This document shows positions 51,931-64,000 of a stretch of DNA of 64,000 nucleotides, piece by piece. The notes below the pieces were generated by a model, which ran no database searches, was not told the origin of the DNA, and worked only from the letters and a program-made list of their open reading frames with translations. The position numbers were made by a program, and so were the translations under genes. The stretch comes from Balanoglossus misakiensis (taxonomy: Eukaryota; Animalia; Hemichordata). How positions within the stretch are numbered: the stretch's first letter is position 1; each line of letters starts with the position of its first letter. The stretch is taken from contig CM082585.2 in assembly GCA_040954595.2 (NCBI GenBank), positions 8,877,649 through 8,941,648 of the forward strand. The letters run 5' to 3'.

Positions 51931-52398
51931 GTGGACGATGTGTTATTTTGTTCATGTTTAAGAAAAGCCAAAAGTAACATGTATTGGAACTGATGGTGTT
52001 CTATCCCATAGTAATGTTGGCTATCTACAACCTCATAGGTTACAATATCCCTCATATCCTTATAGCCCTCTATTCCAATGTCAAATATTTTTGTCTTTGT
52101 ACAAAGACCATGCTGGTATCTAGAGGGCGCTGTCACATAGCCCCAGGTCTTCTCTGCGGCTGGTATTTCTTCCTCAGTGGAAATTATCATTAAAGTGAGT
52201 GTATGGTTAGAAATTCTATAAATAATATTATATTATACCAGTATATTGATGGTGTAAATCACGCTATTTGATTGGTCGAGACACGACATGTGACCGTGAT
52301 ATATTAGCCATATACATATATAGTCATATATCATAGTCAAAGAAAATGCCTTTTTAAAATGTTTTATGCAAAGTTTCAATATACTGGCATAATATAAT

Positions 52399-52541
52399 AG
52401 CAATAAAACACCCCCAGCTATGGTATACCACTCGATTTTGACCAGTTCAACTCCATATACGCACTCGCTATCGCTCGTGCGTATATGTCGTGAACTGGTC
52501 AAAATCTCGTGGTATACCATGGCTGGGGGTGTTTTATTGCT
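52399..52541. repeat. 143-bp near-perfect palindrome, probably the core of a non-autonomous DNA element
   Basis: The left arm AGCAATAAAACACCCCCAGCTATGGTATACCAC..GATTTTGACCAGTTCA..CATATACGCAC is mirrored around a central TCGCTATCGCTC. Confidence 0.9.
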
Positions 52542-55500
52542 TAAATAAAACACGACCATGTTTACAATCAAAGCATTTATGAAAAGATCATTAATCTCGA
52601 ACATTTCTAACTTAGATATTCTAAATAACCAGCTGTTCTCACATGCGATCTGAAAATAACTATGAGGATATCTATTTTAAATGGTGATAGCATTTAATAT
52701 TCTAGTCACTGCCATATTGGGAAGGTACATAAAAAGGAAACTGGCTTTCACATGCCTAGATCTGAAGCTTATGAAATTTGAGAGCTCAAAAAAAAAGACT
52801 ATATAGTGTTTGTGCTTGCAATATCTGAGAGCAACACATGCGTGGCATTTCTGGGTGCTCAGGTACATGTCGACCTACTTCAACAATTTTGACCTCTGTG
52901 TAACATAGCAGTCATAAGCATGATAACTAAGATAGGGGGCCTTGTGCGTGGAACGTGGAACCCTGGGTGGTGCCAAGATTTTTTAATAATTTCAGCCACA
53001 TACATTCTGCGAGTGTCGCAGTGTCAATGCAGGGAATTGAAAAAACAAAACAATTATGACTTTCATGGAGGCAGAGGGTCCGTGATTCAGCGACGATATA
53101 AGAGCTCAAATATTATACATCACTTGAAAATAAAGAATAAAAATTGTATGATTATGATTGACAGTTGTCGAATATCATCAAATGAAATTGGCCTGAAGTG
53201 TGTTGATGGCTGTTTGCAAATTTGCTGTTCTCTCAATAACACTAGTTGTGGACAGATTACTCTACTGCTATTAATAACCTGTTTACACATCGCACAAATT
53301 ATTGCATGGGCGTTTTTGCATGTCATTTCCACAACAGCGTGAGGGCATGTGTTCTTGCATGTAAACCTGCAAATAACACTTTTCTCTGGACATACACAAC
53401 AGCAAATCGATCACTTGAGTTCTCCTTTATGTGCTCAAATTTGTGCCAGCTAGTCTTTCATTGCAAAATAACAATTATATCAGACGTTTGACTCTAATTG
53501 AAAAAGACACAGAAAAACAGAGGGCAAAGTTTGCTGCAGAGGTTACCATACGCATGATCCAGAAATACTTATGTTCTAAATATTTGCACTCACATGATAC
53601 ACATTGTGGCCTGGCACCATATGTTGGAACATACTGACTCAGCTATCCATCAGTGTATTCTATAAAGCTGTGTTGGTGCAATATGACCAGTGGTAGGGGC
53701 ATTAAAATATGAATAATTATTTTTTTTTATAAGAGTGCTCCATTGTGATTTGACTTCTGTACAATATTTTCTCATAATATATGACCTATCTCTTTTTTAA
53801 TTTTGTAAATATTTTAAAACACATACCCTAAGATACACATGCATGTGTGAGTACAGGCTTACATGAATGGATTGAGAAAGGGCATGTATTTTTAAAGAAT
53901 TTCAGCTGCTAATATTCATGTTCATCATAATTTACCATATCTCCTACTATTAACCTTTATAGCCATTCTGATAGGTCAATGCAACTTCCATTGGATGTTG
54001 TTCCCCATATTTTACTAACTCACATAAGCTGATGAACAGTCTGTTTGTACGGCTTGTATCAATCTTGGCAGATTGCCCGCTGCAGCTCTGCAGCATAGCC
54101 GTATGTCTCTCCTAATGAAATTTTACGTCCGGTTAGACTCTACAAGTACCAAGACTATAGGCACAGTCAGGCATCCAGCATTGCCACGGTAACCGTTCCT
54201 TCGCGCGAGATGAACTCTCCCGGGGAGGTTTTTATCAGTCTGTGAAAAGGGCGAAAGTCAAATTGTTTGATTTTTTTTTCTTCTTCGCCAAAAGACGGTC
54301 GCTCGATCGGTCAGCTTTGATGGATGAGGGAAAACAGAGGTGGAAAATTCCTGGGAAAATTGACTGCAAAATTGAATGTGGGGGGAAATGCCGTGCATGA
54401 GCTCTGTAATACAACACGGCAATCTATGGTTTCCATCTTCTGATGTCTGAAACCAAATAAATAAGAGCATTTGACCGTAATGATTATGGAATTTGATTTA
54501 ATTATCAGTATGATAGTCTGTCACAGGCAAGAACTTCATTTCCTCAATATAGAGAAAGACTTAACTATATCACTGCAGTCAGCAGATTAAATTCACAAAT
54601 AATTGTTTTTAAAATTGTGAATATATATTCATGAAATAGCTGTAAAATATTTCTGGTTGTTTCTTACAATATGCATAGTTAATAAATGAAGACATGGATC
54701 TCCATGGTAACGCGTTGAAATCTACATACTCTGGAATAAACAAGTCAAAGAGTTAGATTACAGTAGATGTTGTTATTACAAAACCACCTGACCAAAATGT
54801 CATAGCCATCAACTGTGTACGAGTCCATTAGACGATCATTTGAAAATCATTGATTTGAATTCGTTTTTGTGGGGTCAAAAACTATTAGATCAGAGATGCT
54901 ATTTTGAGCAACTAAATATTCATATTTTTTACCTGTTGACATCAGCTGTCAATCATGCTATGGGCCGTATAGAGGTCTTTGCCATGAAGACAGCATATGG
55001 AATGGCGCCATGAATCTTCGAAAGGGAGATTGCTGCTTGGTTTATCAGCAGTAATTCCCAACTCGGAGGTGATGAGCGTGCATTGATTTCATAGTTTCTG
55101 GAACCTGAAAATTTTAGTTTATTGTGTCACTCACAGCAGACACAAGTTCTTTATAATGAAATCCCATTTATTTTTCACACAACCATGTAAAACTGGCCAT
55201 TTACTATACAGTTCTTCCATTCAGATAATTAACGTCTTACAGATATCCCTTACCAGCCATGGTTACCATGGCAATGTCTAGTAATCCACCACCGGGGTTC
55301 AAAAGGTCACATATCGTAACCAAGTAATCAAATTTTTCTGCTCGGGAGAAATTAATCAACAACTGTCGCTGCATGCTATTAAGACAAAAGTTGATTTAAT
55401 AGCAAAGGGAAAAAAATCAAAAATCAATTTGATTAACTGCAGGCTTGTGTTCTTTGGGACCGTGACCATTTTGTGGTTCATATAGAAAAAATGTCACAGC

Positions 55501-56849
55501 CCTTTTTGCTACATCAGGCCTTCAGAGGAGCTTAATATATTAAACAGTTTTTTGGTTTGAAAAAAATATAACATTTAACCATATTGCATCATATCATGGA
55601 TTGACAATCTGACATGCAATCAAGAGAGAGTGATCAAATCACCCCTTCTGCTTACTGTGCCAGTATTATCCCTTTCTGGGGTTGCCATGGTAAAAGCTTT
55701 ACCCTGACTCTTATCCGGGCGGGATTGGATCACTATCCAACTCTGAGTGCCCGGACTCCTTTTTTTCTTCGCCCACGCATCTTTTGATGTGGATGAGACA
55801 TCCTGGCTGAACTCTTACTCTTTTCGTCATGGTAACCAACCTTGAAGACCTGGCAGAAATAATGTCAAGGGGAAAAGAAACAACAATGAACAAGCTCCCA
55901 GAAACAACACAAGTTGATTGACGGCTACAGGAATTGTCAGTTTGAAATCTTTATTTGTTTCTTATTTCAGAAATCAGTAGAGTCACTCTCTCCTTCATAA
56001 TCTGCAAAAAATAAGCCTGAGTTAAGAAATGGTTTACGGCTGCTATACATTCAACAGTGATTTAACCAACCATGATTGATTTGACATTTTCAGAGGAAAT
56101 TAGTCCCCATCATATACGCACATTAACTTTCTGTAATTGGGCAGTCCTTTCCTGAGATATGTCAAAATCGATAAAAATATGACTGGATTCTCTCTCGTAC
56201 ATTTGCTGGATTGCTGGATTTATCTTATATTTGCTGACCATTCACAGTGACCCCTTTTCAAATGCCCCCCCCCCCCTCCATTTTGATCCTCTTTATCATA
56301 CATTTAGACTCTTCCACCCTTCTTTTGGAAATGGAAAATGCCAAGGTCAAAGGGTTCAATCACATACCACTTTTGTTATAATTCATATTTTATCCCAATC
56401 AAATATTTTTTTTCCGAAATGAGGCAGTTAATAAATTTATTGGTAAAAACATATTTATGTTTTCCACCCATTTTGCACATGCCATGACAAGGTTGCCATG
56501 ACAATACATTCCTAGTACCAGATGTGAAATGATGTAATATAATGCCAGTGGGTAAATGATTAACAAACAAATAAACTAAGAGGTCATGGATATTGACCCT
56601 TGTCTGACAATTGGGATCAGGTGATGTTTGAGACTGATATAAATGGAGATAGCTATTTTATTATGTACATTTTTATGGAGACAATGCACTTTTCTGTAGA
56701 GACTGTACCCGCATGACGATTAGATATTGGATACACTGACTACTACTTCTATAGTACTAGTATATTGCATACTATGTATTTTGGAAAGAAATCAGCCATT
56801 CAGTGCATCTATTATCATATCCCCTGGACATGATTGCCTTGTTCAGGGG

Positions 56850-58220
56850 AGCTGGGCGCGATCGTGGGAGGCAAGCTCCCGATGAAAACGGAATACGAAT
56901 GCAAAGTTTATCGGGAGAAGATGGCGTCTGCGGAAACGTAGCGAGAAATTTACACGTGCATACAATCCGTTGCATTGACGGTCATTTTGCATTCCCCGCA
57001 CGTACATCGCTCAACGTACGCGATGCGTTGAATACCTAACGAGGTGGCGGGATGGCCTACTTTCCGATGACATAAATACGATGTCTATGTCTGCCAGCTG
57101 ATTTGAATTTCAAAGTGATGATGTCATTCGGTGGGATCAGATTGTGTTTGTTTGTCGGACAGAAAGGTCGTCATCCCTGCAGACTTTTATTCCTGGTCAC
57201 GGGCGCAATCGACACTACTAATGCAGATTTCACGGCCGTCCGTTACTGTAATTGATCACGTGGTGGCTTTTATTTGCAACACTGTCTGACGTGTTTTGTC
57301 TCAATCCGCCGTTTGTTTATTCACAATTATTCTGCAAGAATTCTGCACTGGAACGGAATATATGTTATTCTGATACTGATAAATTGCATAAAATTAAGAA
57401 AAATAAGCAGGAATAGCCTACAGATCGGACGATTGCTTAGGGGTCAAAAGACGTGAAATAAAGTAGTTCCTCGCGGCTGCAAACCAAGATGAGGTACAAT
57501 GAGGTTCGACCGCCATATTGCAGCTGTCACCCCAAGAACTTGTGAGAGCCCTGTGCGTTTGAATACTTGATTTCACTGCGATATTCTCTTATTTTAGAGC
57601 GGTATCCACCTGAAATCGACGCCAAACGATCCAAGGATTCGATTTTTCGTACTTCTGTTCAGAATTACTGGATAATTCGGCGGTTCGCCCGGTTATAATT
57701 TTGGTCACCGTTGTCTGTGCTGTGTGCAGTGTGGGCTTCGTGGACAAATAATCGCTGAGGGTGAGTGCAGTTTTATTGTTGCGTGAGCGATCTCCATTTT
57801 CGGAGCTCTTGCCGACGTGTTTTGTTCTCTCAGCTAATCCCCGCAAACTGTGAATGGACTCGCAGGGAAATGTGCATCGTGTACCCGTGGTAGCGCCGTG
57901 GAGAGCGCCTCAGAAATCAGAGTTATAATACGCTGGGGCCCGTCCAAGGTCACCAAAACCACCCCGAAAATAATTTGCTTTCGAACACAAGGACGTTCGG
58001 GTCGCTTTATTCATGCCAGGCGTGCTGGGCCCCACGCCAGCGTAATTCTGGCGGATTCAATGAACGTAGGTCGTTCCCGGATCATGCAGACGGGAACTCC
58101 TCCTTTCACTTTCGTGAACATCATGTCTAAATACCAATATCACGAAACGAGGAAATATACTCGAGTGTTTCCGCATTGTAGCAGTTTCTCATCAAAATAT
58201 AGTTTCGGGTTTTCCCCGAG
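56850..58220 (+). promoter_or_regulatory. CpG-enriched region with a probable non-coding exon of a downstream gene
   Basis: Visible local CpG enrichment and a strong donor GAGG|GTGAGT at 57761, with a possible acceptor at 57597. No recognisable protein-coding exon follows within the window. Confidence 0.35.
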
Positions 58221-61200
58221 TTAGACTGCAGACTGTAATGTAAACTGAGTTGTAATTGGGTATAAGACCTTGGTTATCACATCAATCATACTAGTATATG
58301 TAGAGTGTAAAGCCATCAATGCAGACAACAGACCTGGCCCCACCACACATACCGCTCTACATCACAAGACGGTTATTCCCCCATCTTGAATTATTCAGTA
58401 ATTCCAGATAAAGACATTTCATAAAATTAGCAACGCCCAATAAAATATATGTACTATTGTTTGATGAACAAGCATTGAATCATTAATTAATGTAATAATA
58501 ATTGCATATTCCCCAGGAGACATGTGGGAGTGGCGCATTCAAACATGAGGAGGTAGTAGGTTCTACCTCCATGGTTGAAGAAAGAAATAAATGTCTGTCT
58601 TAGATGTTCTCAGTATTATCTGTTGTACATATCACTGTATTATTTGATTTTGTGTCATGAAATTGATCAGTGGTGGTGAAAAACATGATCAGATGAAAAA
58701 TGCAATATGGACTGAACAGCAAACACTGATATGTTTCCTTCCAACACTGTCAATTTCATGTGCACGAAATTTACATAAATTTGATACTACAATCACAAGG
58801 TATAGCGTAGATTTCTGGCTAGCTATATGATATATAACTATAAGTTGTGAAACTGACTTTGTAATTTTGTGTGTTAATTTGTTCTTTGTTGTCAAAAATG
58901 TGACTTGTCATCCAGTCTGTGAAAATTCTGGATTTACAGGATGGGGCCCGTGGCAGTGAGGCAAAGGGAGATTGATGGCGTAGTACTTGATTAATGAATT
59001 GATTTAATGGAAATCATCGACGTGAGTGTGATTGATGCGAGGGAACGCCGGGATAGACGGGCAGAAGGGCTGGGGTCACTCGCCGTGCACGTCCGTAAAG
59101 AGTATGGAAATTAGGTCACGGGGCAGGTCTTGCATTTCAATTAAAAGACATCTCTCCATTAGTCCTATTGGCTTTCAGGGGATGCGGTGGTTGTCATGGC
59201 AGTGATAACCAGGTGCTTGGCAACTAATGGCAATCCTTTTATTCTGTGAGTTGAATAGAAATCTGCGATACTATGAACTAGTCCAGGGTTTTCTGTAGGA
59301 GTGTCCTTGCAGTCGGTGAAAATCTTGCCCCTGATGCAGACAGTTTGCAGGTTGGATGCAGAAGGGTTTGCGAGAGTGTTTGTCGCGATGTTACGTGCGT
59401 AGGTTCGGTAATCATGATGAAAGTATAGTCCCTTTCCTTGTGACAACTACTGATGTACACTGCATACAACACGCCATATAACGTTTCAGAGACATTGATG
59501 GATAGATGGTGTTATTTATACGTGTATGTGCCGACAATGGAATTTCCGATACTCAGTTTACGTTTTTCATTTTCATTCTGTTGTAAATTGGTGCTCATCA
59601 TTTTCAGTCGCGTGATGACAGCTATACAAAAATTTAAATGCTCAATGCAGCACATATCAATTTCATTTTATTGGAAAGAAGGGAATTCATTGTTGATTAT
59701 TTTCTTGGCCTACGTGTAGCTTTTTGCCATGTCAAACTGAGAGGCCAGCATTGTGTATTGCATTTTCCACACTTCTGGCCTGACACCCCTGCTGAGGTGA
59801 TGATGTAACTGGTGGCTTCCTGAAGTCAATCAGTCATTAGTTTACTATTGATTGGATATACGGTTGTACTCAAAGAGAAGGTGTGAGGGCAGTATTGTAA
59901 ACGTAATTAGCCCCGTCTGGACTAGAATTTTGCATCTAATCAAGACAGGATCAGATTCTACCATTGACTTCGAGGGGATGTCAGTTTTCTCAGCAGATTA
60001 TCAGACTGTGTTAGCTTGCAAATTTTAGTGCACATAATCACTCATAATATTCATCGTAAAAGTTCATCTCTGTGTGAAATGATTGCAAAATGACGACCCC
60101 CTAAAAGGATATCGGCGTAAACTGTATCAGATGGCGGTCACAGATTATGAGCTTGTGGAATGCAGGTCAGATTGGTCTTTGGAATAGAAGCAGGGAGCAT
60201 GCTAATTGGCTGCTCTTGTGGTGTTTTACTGTCTTTACTGTCCACTTGTACTTGGGACATGCACAGGGGCCTGTGGGTGGTGACTGGTCTTGCTCAAGGC
60301 TCTGTGGTCTGAAAATGTTGGATCAAAACCAACGAGGCAAGAAAATGATACACATACATCGTCATCTCTCGAATACCTTGCCTGTTACAAAAATTAGCTC
60401 ATTAGGACGTCTTTGTACTGGCTCGCAGTCGTTATGTGATTTACGCACATTGTCTGACGAGGAGAAACCAGCAAATATCATGAAGAGCGTGCATTCACGG
60501 CGACATCTGATGAGAGTGGAACCATAAATAACGACCTTTGAGAAATTTGACCAAAAGTTAGGTTGCGATTCTCCCTTGCCTGTCAATCTTGTGTGCCAGG
60601 CATCATCGATGCGTACAGGCCCCATCTTGTCTGCAAGATGTAAAGTGGAATTTATCATGAAGCGCATCTCTGGAGACTCTGAGCACTTCCATGTTCATGT
60701 AAAGATTAGACATTAATAAGAAAGATACAAAGTCGGCTGGTCCATCAGTGACTTGTTGTTTTCTTTGAATATTTTTTCATACAGTCCGCGAGATTTTCAC
60801 TTCTGCACCATTTCGGGAAGGAAGGTTATGCTAAGGTTAGATCATAGCATGTGTTCATCTGGATAGGATTAAAGAAACTAGCACAGGTCAACCTGAACAA
60901 TGGGTGTTTATACAGATGGTTGCTCTGGTGTTTGTCTTTTCTCAAGGCTGCTTTTTTTCCCCCAGTTGTAAAATTTAATGAATTGTATTTAACTACTGAA
61001 TAATGTGAGACATTATATGTGTGTGGAGTGCTACTCTGTGTAAGCTGACCGTTATCAAGACGCTACACTGTAATGCTAATGTGGCGTGATGTTGGTCACT
61101 ACAGTGCTCTGCCATATGTGATGCTGTTGCGTCATAAAATGTTCTGTGAACTTTTAGGTCCATGGATGTGTGTCCATAGGTTGTCACCCAAACGACTCCA

Positions 61201-64000
61201 TTGGCCAGTCAACTCCTCTCAGTCAAGTTGCCATTTACAAATGATACTGAAACATTGGTGAGGTCATAGTATAGGTCATCTGTAATGTGTTAACTGGGAC
61301 TTTGATCGGACAAAACGTGTCCACACACGCGATTGTTGTCCCACTCCAAATCTTGTCCGGGCATGAACACCCTAGGACACAAGAATGTCCAGACAACACT
61401 GTTCACACACCTATTTTAAGGTCGGCCAAGGCCTGACGAGGGCTGGACAATTTGATGTTGTGAGAACCTTACACTCCAAGGGCAGATAAAAGAGTTCATA
61501 TGGATGGATTGAAAAAGTAATATTGCTTTTAGTGGAAAGTCGCTAGTGACCCCATTTCGAGCAGTTAATAGGACTAGTTGAAAACAGGTGAAAGCTATAT
61601 TTGGAGCATTGATGGTTTTATGGGTGGTGGTGTTCTGATGAAAGGGGGTGGCTGATGTACTGAGACTAGGGACCTAGAGATTTTCTGGAATGTGTATAGT
61701 CATTGTTTTATTTTACATGAATATCTGCGAAGAATATAGTTCTAGGACTAGTAGGAGTTTATAAAAATGGTAATCATTTTGAAATTGACATTAAAAAAAC
61801 TGTTTGCCTGTTCTGACTCATCGGCACTTCTCTCAAAGGTTGTTTTGTACCTGGAAGGTCATGTGGGATCAATATGGATCAATATATGTGAATGCCAAAT
61901 GTATGGATGAAGAGTTATAAATATGATGACCTCTGTAGTTGTTTGTGCATGTACATGTACATTGCGACAAGTACAGCTGTTTATGTTTTATTATGTATTA
62001 CTGAAAATTGTCTTCTGAACACGTGCACGGTGACCCTTGATATTTCACGACGCAGATTATAGCAAGTCACTTGAGTTTTCCATGTAAAGAGTGAACAATA
62101 TCTGCTTGGCAGATTTGTTGATTTATTTCGGATCCGAGGACAGCGAATGATAGTTGAGCGCCAGTATCGTGTGGACGACCTAAAATAACTCTCACCCCTG
62201 GGAAACGGTTTCATAGCTGTCATGAATGATATTTCCATAAATTACACGTAAATGTAACGAGTTTCCCTCGAGCTCGATAAGACTGCGGAGTGGATGTATC
62301 AAGCAGATTTTATGTGTAACTTGGGAATTCATACGATTGTCACTAAAACCAATTCATGATTTGAAATCTTGTCCTCTGATGGCAGATTTGTAAGCCTGGT
62401 GTTATCTGATAGATTTGACGTGGTCGGGGGTTGATCGCCTGGGTCATGATGGAGCCACAGTGGCGTAATTGTTGGCATAATTGATTGCACTATATGGAGA
62501 CATCACACAACCCAGATAGAGTTCTGGCCTGCGATGCCCGACGAACCCAACCTATTTTCAGTTCATCGCTCCGTGAAACCGAACACCCCCATTGCAGTGA
62601 TCTGTGTTCATTCTGTTTGTCACCTGCCAACAGGCAGCCTGGGCCCTGTACAGTAACCCTTGCTGTGCGGGACGCCAGTTGACATGTTCCGACTAGCACG
62701 TTCCTGTATTAAATAACAGCGACTAGCCCGACAGGTCTGTGCGGTTCGCGACTAAACAGGTCATGCAATACCGCAATGTGCGATGAAATATGATCGCATG
62801 TCATGAGCGCAGCATTTTGTTGTCACAGTTCGGTATGACATATAAATATATTATCACTTATCACTTATAATGATCAGTGTATCTAAGAATTTACTCAAGC
62901 AGCAGTTCTTAGGTTTTGAGAACCTGAAAACGCCAGAATTGATTTTGATGTTTCTCGATCTGTATCAAAGCATCTGACTTGAGTCATTACTTATGAAAAT
63001 ATGAACTAGATACATAATTTTAGTTCCTTGTGAAAACTGGCATTTTCTTACAATCGGAGCGTGTTGATTTGAATGGAAGTTGATGCTGAATTCAGTGTTC
63101 TGTCTGAAAGAGTTGTATTCTCCAGTTTTGAAAAGATCAATATCATCTACAAAATCCCTCAGGCACTCTCTTTATATAATTGGGTACAAAATACTCACGG
63201 TTGGGGAATATTGGCGAGTGATTTGGGAACCCTGGTAACATTTCTGCCACCCATCTATATAAATGCATCAATAACATTACCCGGGGTACGGGTGTACCGT
63301 CTTTAACAAAAACACTGATTCAAGAAATCGTAGAAGACGACAGACAGGTAAGATTCTGAACTATATCAACTGCAATTTGCTGGGGAATATATGTCTTGGT
63401 TGGTAGCCAATGCATATTTGAATATTGTAAATATTCATAAATAGCAAAAAGGGTTGACTTGTACAAGTTGTAGAGATTCAACTGCGCTTTGAAAAATTTG
63501 AACAACTTAATCATCTTTGGGTATAGAGAATGCAGATATTTTATCTTGGAGTGTGACATTAGAAGGCCAAAATATACTAGGCTTCCTGAAACTCTGCACT
63601 AACAGTTTTCACCGATGGAATATTTGAAAGAACTCGTACAAATAAGTGAGTGACCCTGCACATCTGAGAATTCCAGGCACTAATAGGAACACATTGTGTT
63701 GTTTGGAGGAAGACTGCTGAAAATTGCTCTTGAATTTTTCTTTTTAACCGAATGCTTTGGAAATGAATATACCTGGTTTCTTCTTTTTTTCGCTGGCATC
63801 TTACAAAAGCACCCCCAGGCCACCGTCTCATCATGTCAAGTGACCGGTGATATATACATGTAGCCTTAGGGGGACGTGGGGATAGTGGAGAATCTGGAAA
63901 ATGCTAAATGTGAGATGGATTTGTTTCCTTGTAAATGTCGTCTCCATGACGATGCTTCGGATGAAGGGAAATGGAGCACAGGACATGGTTGTTACAAGTG

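Overview
Intron-rich animal genomic DNA, probably from an invertebrate bilaterian; the species cannot be determined from the sequence. Three + strand spliced protein-coding genes lie in tandem. (1) The 3' part of a DDX3/PL10/belle DEAD-box helicase gene: 5' exons are outside the window, the stop is at 7002, and the likely 3' UTR is about 4.9 kb. (2) A complete RPL8/uL2 gene with a 5'TOP-type start (256 aa). (3) A complete MAP4K4/MINK/TNIK/misshapen-family Ste20 kinase gene with a C-terminal CNH domain (about 1077 aa). After about 52 kb the sequence is non-coding, with repeats, an RFX X-box cluster and a probable CpG-rich promoter or first exon. A ~90-bp TTAA-flanked piggyBac-type MITE occurs about 7 times, and there are two long near-perfect palindromes. 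The most interesting unexplained signal is in the DDX3 locus: a 24-nt in-frame microexon candidate in the DDX3-specific insertion loop, a cassette exon candidate in the N-terminal IDR, two candidate poison exons with near-identical acceptors, and several large G-U-rich folded domains in one intron and the 3' UTR. Together these suggest structure-based post-transcriptional (auto)regulation. All exon boundaries and base pairings were read by eye and need RNA-seq and folding confirmation.
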